From: Antedon mediterranea
Taxonomy: Eukaryota > Animalia > Echinodermata
DNA: 64,000 nucleotides
NCBI RefSeq assembly: GCF_964355755.1
Contig: NC_092677.1
Coordinates: 10,066,101 to 10,130,100, forward strand
Direction of reading: 5' to 3'
In this document: positions 39,601-52,659 of the stretch, piece after piece
How positions within the stretch are numbered: position 1 is the stretch's first letter
Layout: the number at the start of each line of letters is the position of its first letter
Notes under the pieces: generated by a model
Seen by the model: only the letters and a program-made list of their open reading frames with translations
The model's database searches: none
Told to the model about the DNA's origin: nothing
Program-made: the position numbers and the translations under genes

Positions 39601-42600
39601 ACTTTATTGATTGATTGATAGTTTGACGGACCTTAACACATGTTCAAAACATGTATAACATTATTAAATTCATTACTATTGTAAATTATTGTATTATAGT
39701 TTATTAACCTAGCTTGAATGTTTTTTAATCTAGCAACAAATGACAATAGCAGCACAGGAAGGTAAACCTTTAGAGCCAAATTTACCTCAGCTACCACTAC
39801 CAATCATAAACAAAGTGGCTACCAAAGTGCTTCTGGCCAATGCTGAACAACCTACATTACCAGGTAAACACGTTTTCTATTAAGTGTGATGTGCCTAAAT
39901 GTGGTAATAATATGCCCAAATATGGTAGTGATATGACATCATCATGTCCATATATGGGCACATCACATTTTTTTGTCACATACAGTTTGATAGTGTAGAC
40001 AGAGTGTTAGTAATGCATGGTGACTGCACTGGCATATTTGAATAGATGATTTACACCACTATTCAGAAGACACCTATTAAAAGGAGACACATTCCTATGA
40101 CACAAACAAGGGGTAATAATAATACATCTTTCAATATACGTCCTCATATTAAGAAGACACCCATATTCTTGTTTGTGTCCCGAAGGTTTCTCCTTAATTG
40201 AGCTTTTACTTTATTTCTTTTACCAACTAATCTTTAATGTTGTTTTTTATAGACAACAAAATAGCAGCCACTTCTGTATCCTTTGATCAGTTGTACGACT
40301 CGGCTGAGAACGACAAATGGTTTGAGTTAGAGGAAATGGTTGTGAAAGTTGCCAACAAATCAGCACTGTCTACATTAAGACCGTCACAGAAGCTGTTGCA
40401 TTCTAGAACAAATAACAGCCAACGTCCAGTTGCTGTGATTAGAGGTGAGACTGGTAAATTGATAATTGTGTGTTGAACCGTGAGTGAGGGGCCGAGCGGT
40501 TAAGGCAGTGGAACCGTAATTATGTAGTCATAACATTAGCAAGGGTGCAAAGCTCAATCGCTTCATGGTTCTGGTGGTAGAATGAGCCTTCTCGGATGAC
40601 TATGAAACCATAAGTCCAGTGTACACTAGCTCATGTGCACTTTAAAGAACCTACAGTAGTATCTTTGAAGACGCGTAGGGGGTTACCCCAGTATACTAGT
40701 ACACATACAGCCACTGTCAAACAGCCACTTTGCAATTGGACTCAACCATTTTACCACCTGTTGATCCCATCCTTCACTATTGTTATTATGTCTATCTCTT
40801 TGGAAGTACATCTTAGTGAGAAGTTGAATTAAAAAGAATTGTTCAAACTCTCTCTGATGTCAAAAAAACAACGGTGAATCCATGTGAACATTGTGTGTTT
40901 TACCTTGTCCTATAAATAGACTATTAAAACCACTGAATGTGTACATTATCAATAAGTAGTACTTATTTATTTTATGTTATAATCTGTTATTAATGTTTTG
41001 ATGCATTCTAAATTTCTGCATTTATTATCATATTTTAATATTAACATTTGTTTTTCTTTAGAACCCATCACTGTTGAGTTAGTTCTGACAAATCCGTTGA
41101 AGGTGCCTCTGATGTTGTGTGATCTGTCTCTTCTTTGGAGGTTCACGCCATTGGACTATGAAAAGGTTAACAACGAAACTCCAGAGAAACCACCGACAGT
41201 GATTTCAAACGAAAATATATGCGTAAGTCCAAAGGTAATTCATTTTCCATAATACATGCTTGTTTTTTTTTTTCCATTGTACTAGGTTCCTATAAATATT
41301 TGATGGTAACAGTCCAGTTTACACTGATAAGCAGTAATGGTAAGCAGTAAACGGTAATGTTATTTCTTATGACCATTTACACAAAATGTGGAGTGGATGG
41401 GTGGTTGAGCGAAAAGCCGATCAGGACAGATACAGATTATATGCGGGACAAGCACATGGTTTTCCGTCTACCGTTACCACTGGTCTGTGCAAATTTGTCT
41501 TTATGCATTTCATGTGAGTGCATGTCCTACAATATAAAACAAATTCTCAATAGTTAATACATTATTATTTTCCACAGATGAATATCGCAAACGAAATGAT
41601 TCGTTCCCAAATAATTCCAGAATTTGAACTAAAAGCAAATGAAATTAAAGCAGTGAGTATTTGAATTTGTTTTAGAATAACGGTTTTTAATTTGTTAAAG
41701 TATAACCTGACCACCTCCAACCCTGCCAAATTCTGGTAATTCATTTAATTACCCCTTGTGTAGGGATGAAACTAATACTAATAGTAAAAAAAATAGGTGC
41801 TTAAAAATAAATTTTTTTTTCTGTAGGTGCAATTATCTTTAACACCCGAGAGCACGGGTGAACTAAGCATTATGGGAATTGTGTACAGTCTCAGCGCTCC
41901 CTTGCAATCGAGTAGCACAGTGCCGCCCTCAACGAACATGGAAATTACAGATAGTCCGTCTCTGAAGCATTCCAAGAAAACTGGATCGTCCACCGTGTCA
42001 GTTCGTGGCAGGCAAGACGTGGATGTACAAGGTCCGCGACTTAATGGCACGTTAATGGAGAAGAGGATTATGACTTACGGTCCTGATCGAAGGTTGGATC
42101 CGATAATAGCGCCCCCAATGCCACTATTAGAGGTGATCACAAATATGTTTCTGTTAAATTAAGTAACACAAAATGGATTGGGATCTAATTTTGCACATGT
42201 GTATACAATTTTTTAAGATGTGTTCCAGACTGCATAAGCAGCTGGAACTTTGGTGTTCATTTCATTATTGACATTTGACACATTTACTTTCAGGCATGTT
42301 TTGCAGATTTTCCATATTCTTTATTATGTGGAGAGATTGGACAGACAATTTTAGAAGTATCAAACAAAGGAGATTACTCCTTACACAAACTTTACATAGC
42401 ATCAAAACAACCCCAGTGTTTTGCATTCAGATCTCCCAACAACACTGATATCCAATCAGGACCATTATACAGGACTATTCCATTAGGAGATAGGGAGGAT
42501 GTTGATGAGCATGTTGTTAATGTTCAAAATTTATCATGTGTTGTGGAAGTGCCTCTTCCCAATGGACTCCTAAAGCCTGGATGTTCGGCTTCAATTCCAA

Positions 42601-45600
42601 TGTGGATCCGCGGACCGGAAAAAGCTGGAATACATGATGTGGATATTTTGTTTTATTATGAATCAACTGAAGAGAATTTTAAGTTAAGGTAAGTAGAATT
42701 ACTGTAAAAATGTGAGATTAATCGTCTTCAGCAAATAGATAATTTCCTACTCTTTTCAAAGAGGTTAGCAAGTTTGCACATGTGCATTATATGTACATGA
42801 ACACAACAGCTTTGCATCTTATCTGACTGACTGTGGTGGGGTATGAGGTAATGAAGGTAAAGCCTCTGTCTACACTATCAAACTTTATGTGATGTGGCCA
42901 TATATGGACATGTTGATGTAATATCACTACCATATGTGGGCATATCACTACCATATTTGGGCACATCACATTTTGTCAAACTAGTTTGATACTGTAGACA
43001 GAGCTTAAAATATCTTGCCTAAAGGATACAAGCAATTTGGCCCAAGCACCTGAAATCCTAGTTGGCCTTTCATTATATTCCTCCCAATACACTTGCTTTG
43101 CCATTTGCTATCTATAAACTTGTATGAAACATACAGTCTACCGTTTTTTCTGTTTCAAAGTAAAATTATTATTCATCTATTGTCTTGTTTGTCACCTAGG
43201 CATCGGGTATTGCGACATTCAGCCGTGATAAACACAACGCACTCTTTGTGTTTGAAGGCTACAGCCACTAGAGGGCATATACCAGAACACAACCAGGGCA
43301 ATCAAAGTCTTGTAGTCAGTCTGCAAGGTGAAAACATGAACCAGGTAATAATAATAATAATTAAGTCTGAATTTATAATTCAGCAGTCTATGAAAAAATA
43401 CAGTTATACAGTAGCATTTGTAGGTGACTCTCGCTGGTAATACATGCGTAATACAGGTGTCTCAATGGTAATACAGGTGTCTCCAGACTTTTTAAAAAAA
43501 ACTTAAGAAAGGAAATAGAGTCCACTGTTTTCCAAGTTTTAAAATAAACTAGTAATTTCTAGTGTGTATTTTTTTTTCAATTTCAGGTGCATGATAGAAA
43601 TATCACAGAATTTAGTTTAGAACAAGTTACTTGTGTGAGTAAAACATGGGCACTGGAGCATATAGCTACCAAAGATAAACAAGGTAATTGAAATATTAAA
43701 TGGTTTTCAGGGGTGGATCTAGGGGTAGTGCTTGGAGCACTTGATCGTACTTTTTGACAGCTAAAAAGAAATTAATAATTTTTGATATCTATTTTGACAG
43801 ACTATTACTATTATATGTTAGCGTTCCCCCCCCCCCCCCCTTTGAAAAATCTTTAATTCTCCCCTGGTATATAGACCAACTTGCTGAGTATAAACAAACG
43901 ATAGAGAATCTATGCAGTTGATATGCAATGTTGACCCACCACTAGATTTTGCCCAATATTTTTTAAAGGATGGTGAATATAATAATCAATAAGCTTCACT
44001 TACTAATTAAATCATTTTATGTTATTCTTAGAATTTAAAATCAGTGGTGGTGAGTCTGTGATCTGTTGCCTCAAAGCCCAGCATTGTAAGCAAATCTGTA
44101 CATCAGATAGCAATCAGGTGGTGTTCACTGATGGAGTACTAGGCAAAGAAAAAGTAAGCACTTGCAATAAGAAGCCACAGGGTAGGCTCCCTCACTCATT
44201 GACGGCCAACCCCTAAGAAGGGGTTTGTTACAAGCAGACAGTAGACTGTCTTTATACTGTTTTTTCAGTTCTTTCTTGAATGAGCAGTTTTTATTGTAAT
44301 AGTTTTTATGTTTCCTGTCTATAACTGTGTGTTTCACATGTAAATAGTAGTAAGCTAACCCTTCACCTAACCTTACATGAGTTGATACAGGCACCATTTG
44401 TGATATAAATGAGATGCTGTATTACCAAATATTTCTATGATGCAATACCAAAAATCGGCTGGCATCTATATATAAATTTACGTAAGGGCAAAATTCGGTA
44501 AATCGCGCCTTACTTCTAGAATTTTTACTCGATGGTATATAAAGTTGGTTCGTACTTTCGGTACTGATTTTAACCACCTGATGTAACCCTGTTTACTAAT
44601 TAAATTGAGTTAGATAATTAGTTATTGACGATTAAAACGAATTTAGGTTCAACGATTTGCCCCAAATAGGGGTGTTTTATGATCGTGGTATACACTGTCT
44701 AATGGATGTCCATCTTGAAAAATACCCGCCACAAAAATGCGAGGAGGCTTCGCATTTTCCTATCCCCTCCTACGATAATTGTTTTTAATAGCTGAAAACC
44801 GGTTGAACAGCTAGAGTACAGCATCATAATGTTGAAGACAGGCCGATTTTCTTTAAAAAATACTATGTTGATAGATTTAATATATGATTATACAAATGTA
44901 TTGATTTGCGATGAATGGAACATACCAATCTCTCAGTCTGCCAGAGTTTGGTTTAACACAAGTAGGTAAATTTATGAGCCCTTGGTTTAACACATACGGT
45001 AGGTAAATAGATGGGCCCTTTGAGAATAAACTTCTTTGCAATACTTTGACAATACTGTAAATACACATTATTATACAAATAAACTTTATACTGACAGTTC
45101 TTTCTCAACGTTTGTATTAATTAAAGATGTATTGTCCCCCTGAAAAAAAATTTTTTTTCAATATTTTTGTTGAATAGGCCATTTTAATTGCACATAAAAG
45201 TTATTCACTTTGACCTCAATTTGGATTGAAAAAAATAATTTTTTACACGAGAAAATCGCAATTTAATGCAAAAATTAACCAACCGGAAGCTATTTGTCTG
45301 GAAGACAAATGTGTTCCGGTTTAATTTCACCCTTGACCTGAGTTAGCTCATAAATATTCATATTGTATGGATACATCGTGTGGATGATGATGCTTTCCAA
45401 ATCAACAGCCAACAACGATAGCATGCAATGCATGCGTGAGAGATCGAGTAGTGATGCGAGACGAATCTTGAAGAAAACACGAAAACTATAGCTAGCAGAA
45501 TGCTAAGTTAGAATTACAGTTGGCAACTTTGATGTTGAATCTTATTCATTTAGGTGAGTTTTTGTTTCGCTAACAGGAGAGGCCTAGCTAGGCCTAGGCC

Positions 45601-48600
45601 CGAATTTGCTGCTACTGTACTACTAGTCTACTACTAGGCCTACTAGTAACTACTACTACTACTAGCACTGACAGTCTCGAGTAGCCTAACTGCTGCCTAC
45701 TTCTGTCTCTAGAAGTAGAGAGTGTAGTAGGCCTAGGCAGTACACTGCTAGCTAGGGCTACAGTAGAACACCACCAGAAGGGATGTATTTTTGTTTTAAT
45801 CATGATGAATTGGTTTAATTTTTAAAGATTTCAACTATCTATTTGGCAGTGAAAATTAAAAAAAAAAAAAATCTAAATATTGTTTTGGATGTTTTACTGA
45901 TGCAATATTTTAAAAATATTTTCTGTATCAAATGCAATAGGTTCAAATTAACATTCCGCAAATAAACATTTTATGCAGATATTTTGACACAAATTTCTTT
46001 TTTTTTTTAGGTTGATTGATTGAACAATAAGAGCAAGTAGTGAGAAACATAAAATGTATCGTACAGTGGCAACATTCACAATTTATTGAAACGTTTCTTA
46101 CTATTAAAATGACACTTTGTAATGGATGTGAGCGATCTTAGAAGACTATAGCTGTCGTAATTACTGCCACAATCAACACATTGATAATTAGTAGACAAAT
46201 TGACACAAAAAACAATACAGGAATTCAATCAGATATACTGTATATATATATTTTATTAACTCCTTTTGCACTGTAATATTATGAAGTGTAAGTAAATTTG
46301 AAGAATTTATCCTGTGTACTGTTGTAGTAGTTTTTTTTTAATTTATTGAATGTTATGTTTACAAAATAATATACTGTACATATAATACAAAAAAAATGAT
46401 ACAATATTTTACAAGCTGGACAAGAACATATTGGCCGAATGCAGCAGGAGAGTCAGAAATATTTTTCCTGCAATATCCAATCATATTCCAATACCGAGTC
46501 TATCATTGTTGTCTTTGGGTGACCTCTGTTCCAGTCTTCATCAGCTCAACGTCTTTAAAAAAAGTAAAAGCAAAGTATGAAAATCTGGAAAAAATAGATC
46601 ATGCATATTTAGTGCAAAATTGGGCTAGTGAAATTGCTTACTTTGACATAGTCAAATAAGTATACTACCTTTCTATGGTAATTAAAACACATTACTTATA
46701 ATGTTATAACTTATAAAAAGAGAAAATAAATATTTGACTTACTACAGTACAGAGAACATTTGTTTGTGTTGTAAAATGGCTAAGCTGACTTTTCCCCTCT
46801 GTCTACTTGTTTGTACAGTGCTGCTGGAAGGTTCTCAATTTCAGGCTTGTATTGTATTGCAACCATTTTCCCTGAAAAATGTTTGTTTTATTTTTATCAT
46901 AAAAATTAGTTAAACAAGCTTCAACTGGCTGGCTGTATTTTCGGAATGTAGCTAAGATTGATGGCATATAGCCTAGGCCAGTCTATGAAGAGTACAATGT
47001 TATGTATAGATAGGGCCTAGCTGGGCATCTTCTGCAGGGACCCGATTGTCACAGTCTGCTTGCTACTAGCCTACTAGTAATATGCAGCAGCATGTATTAA
47101 TTATTCTAGGCCTAGCCCTGAACTGAAAAAATCCCAGGTTAAGTTAATTAATTTACCTTCCTGTTATTATTGCGTTATATATATTATTATTTTTAAAATA
47201 ACCGTCTAGGCCTACTTACCGACAAATTAACAGCTCAGCTTTACATATTTATACGATCAGGCCAGGGAAACCCACAGTCGAATCGCGTCGATCTCTGGTG
47301 GTGTTGTTGTACATACAACGTGCATCGTCCATTGTTAGATCAGATCTCTGCTGTGTGGATGCTCATTAACATATCATGCATATGTATGAGTTAGCTCTAC
47401 CGGCCTAATTTCTGAGCCGATGAGTTCGAAAAAATGGTAAACTTATTTTGATTTTTTTATAAGCGAAATCAATATTTTTTTCGGATTTTTTTTCGGTGGA
47501 AGTGAATAACTTTATGTTAACTACAAAACGGTCTATTCAAAATTTGATTTTTTTCATCTTTATTTTTCATTTTTTGGGGGACAATACATCTTTAATAATT
47601 ACCAAAAATATAAACGTCGTAGTGGTGTATCGTGACATGTACTTTAATATTTCAATCGATTATGACAGTGACAGTTTTAACAAAGTATTAAATCGCAAAT
47701 GTTTTACTGTATTTAGAGGTATATTAAGTATAGGCTTATAAAACATGAACAAAATATTTCGTTACTGAGTGGATAAAGAATATATTTAAATTGTTCCTCT
47801 TTGTACCTATCCGCTTTCCCATCCCTCAACCCTAATGTTACATACAAAACACAAATTAGGTTTCTTTAAATGAGTCCAAATCAAAAATTTGGACTCATTT
47901 TGTGATAAGTTTCTCTTTCGGAAGTAATTCCCAGGGTGCTAATTTTAGTTGACTACATAAATCATCGTGTCTATTTATTCGTTTCTGTAAACGACAATGT
48001 ACAGTATTATAGTCCTGCGGTACGTACATTTGAAATCGCCAGTTTTGTTACGCTGAAATTACTATATATTCGAGAACCATCTGTGGGCACGACCTAGATG
48101 GTACGCGAGCGAAGCGAGCGTACCATCTAGTTACTTTAATTCATGTTAGAGAAAGGAAACATAAAAACCATTACATATTAACTGCTCATTCAAGAAAAAA
48201 CTGAAAAATCATTTTTTGATTGATAGTATATTGAGATACAGCACTGGGAATCAGGTGGTAATACCAATTGATAACTTGTCTATTCAATCAGATTGGTTTT
48301 GCTTAGCTGCTAAATGTACAACATGGATTTTACTCATAAATATTAATTAGTATTAGGCTTGAAATATACATATTCATGAGCTGTACAAATAAATAGTTTG
48401 TTGTTGTTTGTAAATTATATTTTCTGTTGTGATTTCAGATTGTTAGTTATGAGAGTCCATGCTCAGACTTTTTCTTCCGTTCGAAATTTAAATTAAAAGA
48501 AATTGAACCCCCTCCCCAAGAATTTTCTCGGACGTCAAATAATACAAAAAGTATGTCCGTAAAGCAGTCACTAGAGGGTGCTCTAGAGGTAGATTTGACC

Positions 48601-50501
48601 TTATTGGTGCTATGGAAGGTATGTTGGTGCTTTGTTTTAATTGATAGAATGAATTTTGTCCAACTAAACTCTAATTTAATTTAAGTCTACACTATCAAAC
48701 TTTATGTGACAAAAAAAGTGATGTGCCCATATATGGACATGATGATGTCATATCACTACCATTATATGGGCTCATCACACTTTTTGTCAAACTAGTTTGA
48801 TAGTGTAGACAGCTTTAGAAATGTATTTAAACCAACATTGTTTATTTGACTGTATTTCATTCACAGGCGTTTGTTGTTGACGAAACTGGTGTGAGTCATA
48901 AGTATGTTGGGCAACATCATGTTACTATGACGATGCTCGATCAGCAAATATCAACAATTCCAACCGCACAGGTGCATATTCTTTAAAATTCGTATTTATA
49001 TTTAAAATTTAATTTGTAAAGCTCTGACTTACTATCAAACTAGAGTGTCATCTTAATACTGTTTTGAAAAAAAAAATTATTTTATTCTTTTAACATGGGC
49101 CGTCCTCTGTGGCAATATTTGGCCAAGTACTTCATTTTTTGTTTGTTACTTCATTCAGAGAATGGTTGAACAAAAAGCTGTGCGGTTTTTGAAAGATATT
49201 GATGTAAATAAAAGTGACGAACCAAGTTCAACAGTCATGATTCAGCTCATTAAATGTAGCCTACAACATCCAGACCATAAAGATCATGATTTCACCAAAA
49301 AACGGTTAGTAAAGAATTATTGGTGTTTATGTTAGTAGAAAAATATAAAACTTGTTTGCATTTGATTTTGTATTCAATTGGTTCTGATAGGGACATAATA
49401 GGGACTTTTCTCACTTAAACGTTAACTCCCAATATGTTCCGTCCACTTTGTAAACAACTTGATCTGCGTGTGCTCATGCATTACAAAATACTTTAAGAAC
49501 CTGAATAATAACGTCAATTGAATATATTAAAGGATATCAAAACATAGAAGGATCATTAAAATTGCGTTATGTGTAAACATAGATTCTATTTTTGCGTTTT
49601 CCACTTACCTTTACCGCTTACTGTTACCGCTCGTCTGTGTAAACTGACCTTTATGGTTTGGTACAAGTCATACCCAACACCAAATTAGGTGTGTCAAAGA
49701 TTCTTAAACTAAACTCAATTTAGATGTTGGGCTCCCAGAGTGAACTAAGATTAAATTTCTTTCATTTATCTTTAGACTATGTACAGTTCCAGCTACACTG
49801 CATCTATGCAACTGTACTGACAAGACACTGGCAATACAAGTTGATACGGACACAGCTCCGGACAACACTCCTTCGTAAGTATTCATCAGTTTTGCTGCTT
49901 TCCTTATGTTAAATAAGATTTAGTGTACAAATAATGAATTTGCCATGAGTTAATGAGATAATATCCTGATGAGTAGGAAGTTGACTTTCAACAACTTAAA
50001 ATATTTTCTATATTCTAAATAAACTTTTTAAAATTAATCTGCCACCCTTTTTAATTGAATGTCAAAGATTAGGCCATTAAAAAGGTGGCTCTAGGATTGA
50101 TGCCACCATGTGGAGCAGTTACTGTATAGACCGCTACCATGCAATAGTGCCCTATAATTGAAATGGGAGAAATAATTGCACTTTGGTGTGTTATAATAGT
50201 TAATACAAATGTTACTCATTTTTTTAGAATGGATACTTCCAGTGGCTACTACGTCACCCCCAAGCCCCCAAACTCGTCAGATTTTGTATGGGTGAGACAA
50301 GTATCTCAGCAGTTGGAGCTATCTGGTAACAGTAGCCACCAAATACATCTCCTAGCCTGCTTTTCCAAGGCTGGCGTGTTTAACTTAAGTAATATCAATG
50401 TAAATGTCACACGGAAGTCTCTTGGCCTAGAAGGAGAACCTGTTGAACAGAAGAAATTACTGCCTAGTGTTATCACTGTTAGCCAAACCACAAACAATTG
50501 A
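27688..50501 (+). CDS. TRAPPC8: Trafficking protein particle complex subunit 8 (Trs85), 28 exons
   Basis: Exons 27688-27844, 28358-28552, 29569-29658, 31452-31626, 32650-32830, 32973-33099, 33409-33713, 34178-34290, 34778-34928, 37059-37159, 37556-37661, 38049-38180, 38465-38536, 38988-39140, 39734-39863, 40253-40444, 41062-41234, 41578-41652, 41827-42132, 42294-42688, 43200-43344, 43587-43683, 44032-44153, 48439-48618, 48867-48971, 49159-49304, 49776-49874, 50228-50501. Motifs MAQCAQSAREFIQNSF, STPWFEAYRE, HGACLTLSDHDR, PELQMRRLGDLAFL, RKYAFHMILAGHRYSKAGQ, YGPDRRLDP. Confidence 0.95.
28575..29215. repeat. Purine-rich minisatellite (GTATAAGAGTGAAAAAAGGTATAAAAAAGGTTT)n in TRAPPC8 intron 2
   Basis: Visible ~21/33-bp units; explains the repetitive ORFs at 28598-29136. 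Confidence 0.9.
29659..31451 (+). other. U12-type (minor spliceosome) GT-AG intron, TRAPPC8 intron 3
   Basis: 5' site GTATCCTTC at 29659; branch-point CCTTAAC at 31434-31440, ~11 nt before the AG at 31450-31451; no polypyrimidine tract; splicing restores HFIA-C-MLVVSS. Confidence 0.9.
30088..31215 (+). mobile_element. 5'-truncated CR1/L2-group LINE, RT C-terminal half with 3' UTR and (AAATC)n tail
   Basis: Uninterrupted 294-aa ORF starting just before LYADD, with IKYLGI, QPMFDYSVCSW, YNTRG, KEWNNLP; tail aaatcaaatcaaatc at ~31195-31215. Confidence 0.9.
31642..32037. mobile_element. PIF/Harbinger-like MITE with long imperfect inverted repeats
   Basis: TAA|AGGCCCATTTACACTAGGACGATAACGAT ... 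ATCGTTATCGTCCTAGTGTGAATGGGCCT|TTA; TWA flanks, near-palindromic body. Confidence 0.75.
35034..36856. mobile_element. Non-autonomous DNA transposon with CAG..CTG TIRs, 5-bp TSD and internal 3x372-bp repeat
   Basis: TTGTG|CAGGGCCATAGCCAGG ... CCTGGCTACGGGCCTG|TTGTG; subterminal GGGGGTTCGC motifs at both ends. Confidence 0.8.
35133..36250. repeat. Three near-identical 372-bp tandem copies
   Basis: Near-identical ORFs at 35253 and 35625 (offset 372); third copy with a 1-bp indel. Confidence 0.92.
37745..37841. mobile_element. Short MITE (GCCAATTTACACAGACGAG TIR family; relatives at ~23700-23775, 41310-41500, 49600-49650)
   Basis: GCCAATTTACACAGACGAGAGGTAACGGTAA ... TTACCGTTACCACTCGTCTGTGTAAATTGGC inverted repeat. 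Confidence 0.7.
40478..40720 (+). mobile_element. tRNA-derived SINE, possibly with a Deu/Nin-type core (partial copy at ~39370-39500)
   Basis: A-box-like GGCCGAGCGGTTAAGGC head; core GTGCACTTTAAAGAACC...GTAGGGGGTTACCCC(G/A)GT shared by both copies; the 39370 copy ends GCGCTATATAAAT, an L2-like tail. Confidence 0.55.
42862..43005. mobile_element. Abundant ~140-bp Harbinger-like MITE (representative copy)
   Basis: TIR AGCTCTGTCTACACTATCAAAC / GTTTGATAGTGTAGACAGAGCT, often with TAA flanks; other copies near 17730-17860, 18962-19122, 36952-37030, 37902-38000, 39332-39600, 39880-40003, 48685-48814, 53266-53408, 53430-53560, 53980-54108. Confidence 0.8.
44465..48130 (+). mobile_element. Non-autonomous Helitron-like element (~1.2 kb without the nested insert)
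   Basis: A|TCTATATATAAA at 44464/44465 and CTAG|T at 48130/48131; GC-rich terminal hairpin CTAGATGGTACGC-N11-GCGTACCATCTAG; no TSD. Confidence 0.7.
45125..47591. mobile_element. Kolobok-like non-autonomous element (2,467 bp) nested in the Helitron-like element
   Basis: TTAA|AGATGTATTGTCCCCC ... GGGGGACAATACATCT|TTAA; TTAA TSD, AG..CT termini, extended imperfect inverted repeats; no long ORF. Confidence 0.8.
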
Positions 50502-51928
50502 ATGAATATATACAAAGGTGAAAATAATTTTATTTTAAATATGAGAGCGAAAATGTGATTAAGTAAAGTATAAAATGTAGATATATTAGTAGTTGTATCC
50601 ATGGAAATAATAGTTACCATTCATATAATAAACATTCTTATTATGTAATATATATTAAATGTTAGATCATTTTTGTTGTAATTGACAAAAAATAAATATA
50701 TATATCCGAAATATCTTTTTTTTTGTTCAGACATCCAATTTGATGTAAATACACTTTTCTTTAAATTTAGCATTCTATTTGTTTGGTTTTTTTGTCATAT
50801 TTTTATCTGGTAAACTACTGAAATCTTGATGGTTTATAAATAAATATAACTGTAGATATTTTCATATAAGGAAAACCATGATTTTACCTAACAATAGGAT
50901 CCTGTTCTGTGCTTGTGTTGTGGCCCACACATAGCACAATAGAACCCCTGTTTGAGGGGACACTTTTGGACCCAAACAAAGTGTCTACTTTATATATAGG
51001 GGTGTCCCTTTGATAGGGGTTAGTGCTAAAACATATAGTGCTCCTCATTTATTTCATGAGAAAGTGTCACCTTTAGGAGTGTCCCAAAGGAGGGGCTATA
51101 CGGTAGATCAAGCCATTTAGAGTAATTCTCTCATTTTGGAATTATATGCAACGTTACTCACCTTTTAAAGTAGAAATTAACAACGAAGTGGAAAGTACTA
51201 GTCAATGTTATGGAATACATTATAACATCTATTAAGGGGACACTTTGGGACCCAAAAAGGTTCCCCCTCATTAGGGATATCAGATATTGCCTCTTGTTCA
51301 TTTCACATCAAAATGTCCTCTCAATAGGAGTGTCCCTTGAATAGGGGTTGGCTGTAGTGTTAAAAGATATTGCCTCTTGTTCATTTCACATCAAAATGTC
51401 CTCTCAATAGGAGTGTCCCTTGAATAGGGGTTGGCTGTAGTGTTAAAAGATATTGCCTCTTGTTCATTTCACAGGAAAGTGTCCCCATAATAGGGGTGTC
51501 CCCTGAACAGAGGTGTCCTGCTGTAGTTCCCCTTTAATTTTATTATAACTGCACAATGATATATAATATGAAAAATAGAGTTATAGAATTATGTTTTCAT
51601 ATACAATTTTTAGATGATTTTTAAATTGGTATAATATATTGATATGTATTGATTTGATATGTAATTTCATTCAACCTTTATATATTATATTTACATATAT
51701 CCTTGCTTTCCTAGGGGCTTTTCTGCTTCTTTTGTATTGATTGTGGCTTGCATTGGTCGTGTGAAAAAAGTTGATTTTTAATATTGGCCATAAGAGAATG
51801 ATGTTGAAATTTATTATACATTATTATAGTTTTGCATAGGCTACTAATACAAATATTATTTGCCTTTTGGATTTCTATTTTCAATAACTCTTCATTTTTT
51901 ATTTTGTATCTCCATCAACTAATTTTAA

Positions 51929-52239
51929 AGATGTATTGTCCCCCAAAAACTTGAAAATGAAAATTAATTAAATCAGACTTTGAATAGGTCATTTTGTAGT
52001 TTTAATCAAGTTAATCACTTCTGTAGAAAAAATAACATGATAAATGGTTAAATTCAACCAAAAATCCATTGGCTTGCAGCCAATTTGACAATTTTTTTGC
52101 TTTAAATTACAGTTTTTCAGGTAAATAAATTTTGTTTCGATCTAATTTTTGGTCAAAGTGGATAACTATTATGTGAAAATAAAATTGCATATTTAACAAC
52201 AAAAAATGTAAAAATTATTTTTCAGGGGACAATACATCT
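51929..52239. mobile_element. 311-bp MITE sharing the Kolobok-like TIR (degenerate relative at ~1350-1446)
   Basis: TTAA|AGATGTATTGTCCCC ... GGGGACAATACATCT|TTAA. Confidence 0.8.
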
Positions 52240-52659
52240 TTAATAGGTGAAATAGGGCTATAATAACAGACTGATAACAATGTGCAATTAAAGGTGAATT
52301 ATAAATTAAAGGTGCAAAAACATGGTTAATAATTTGAAACATTCTATCCCAACTTACTAAGGTTTTTTTTTTTTAAATATTAGTTTTGTTACCGTCTCTT
52401 TAATACTGGATTTTTAATAGCTACCTGTACAGTATATGTGTCTTTATGTTTGAAATCTGTTTATATTAAATTCATAATCTAATATGTATCTTGTTATAAA
52501 ATATACCCCTAGTATATTATAATTATAATTGATTGCAGTTGTTCAATTGCTTTTAATCACTGTACACAATGGCTTTCAAAATATATATGATTTTTGTTTC
52601 TACGTTTATCATCATCTGGAGGAGTACGGCTTTGATTAGTTCAATATTTTATTGGTATA

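Noticed and set aside
40478-40570. tRNA gene
   Set aside because: Only an A-box-like head; no convincing cloverleaf or T-loop, and it continues into a SINE-like body.
43708-43866. CAGGGG..CCCCTG short element as a recent hAT MITE
   Set aside because: TIRs are degenerate and no TSD is visible, so boundaries cannot be supported.
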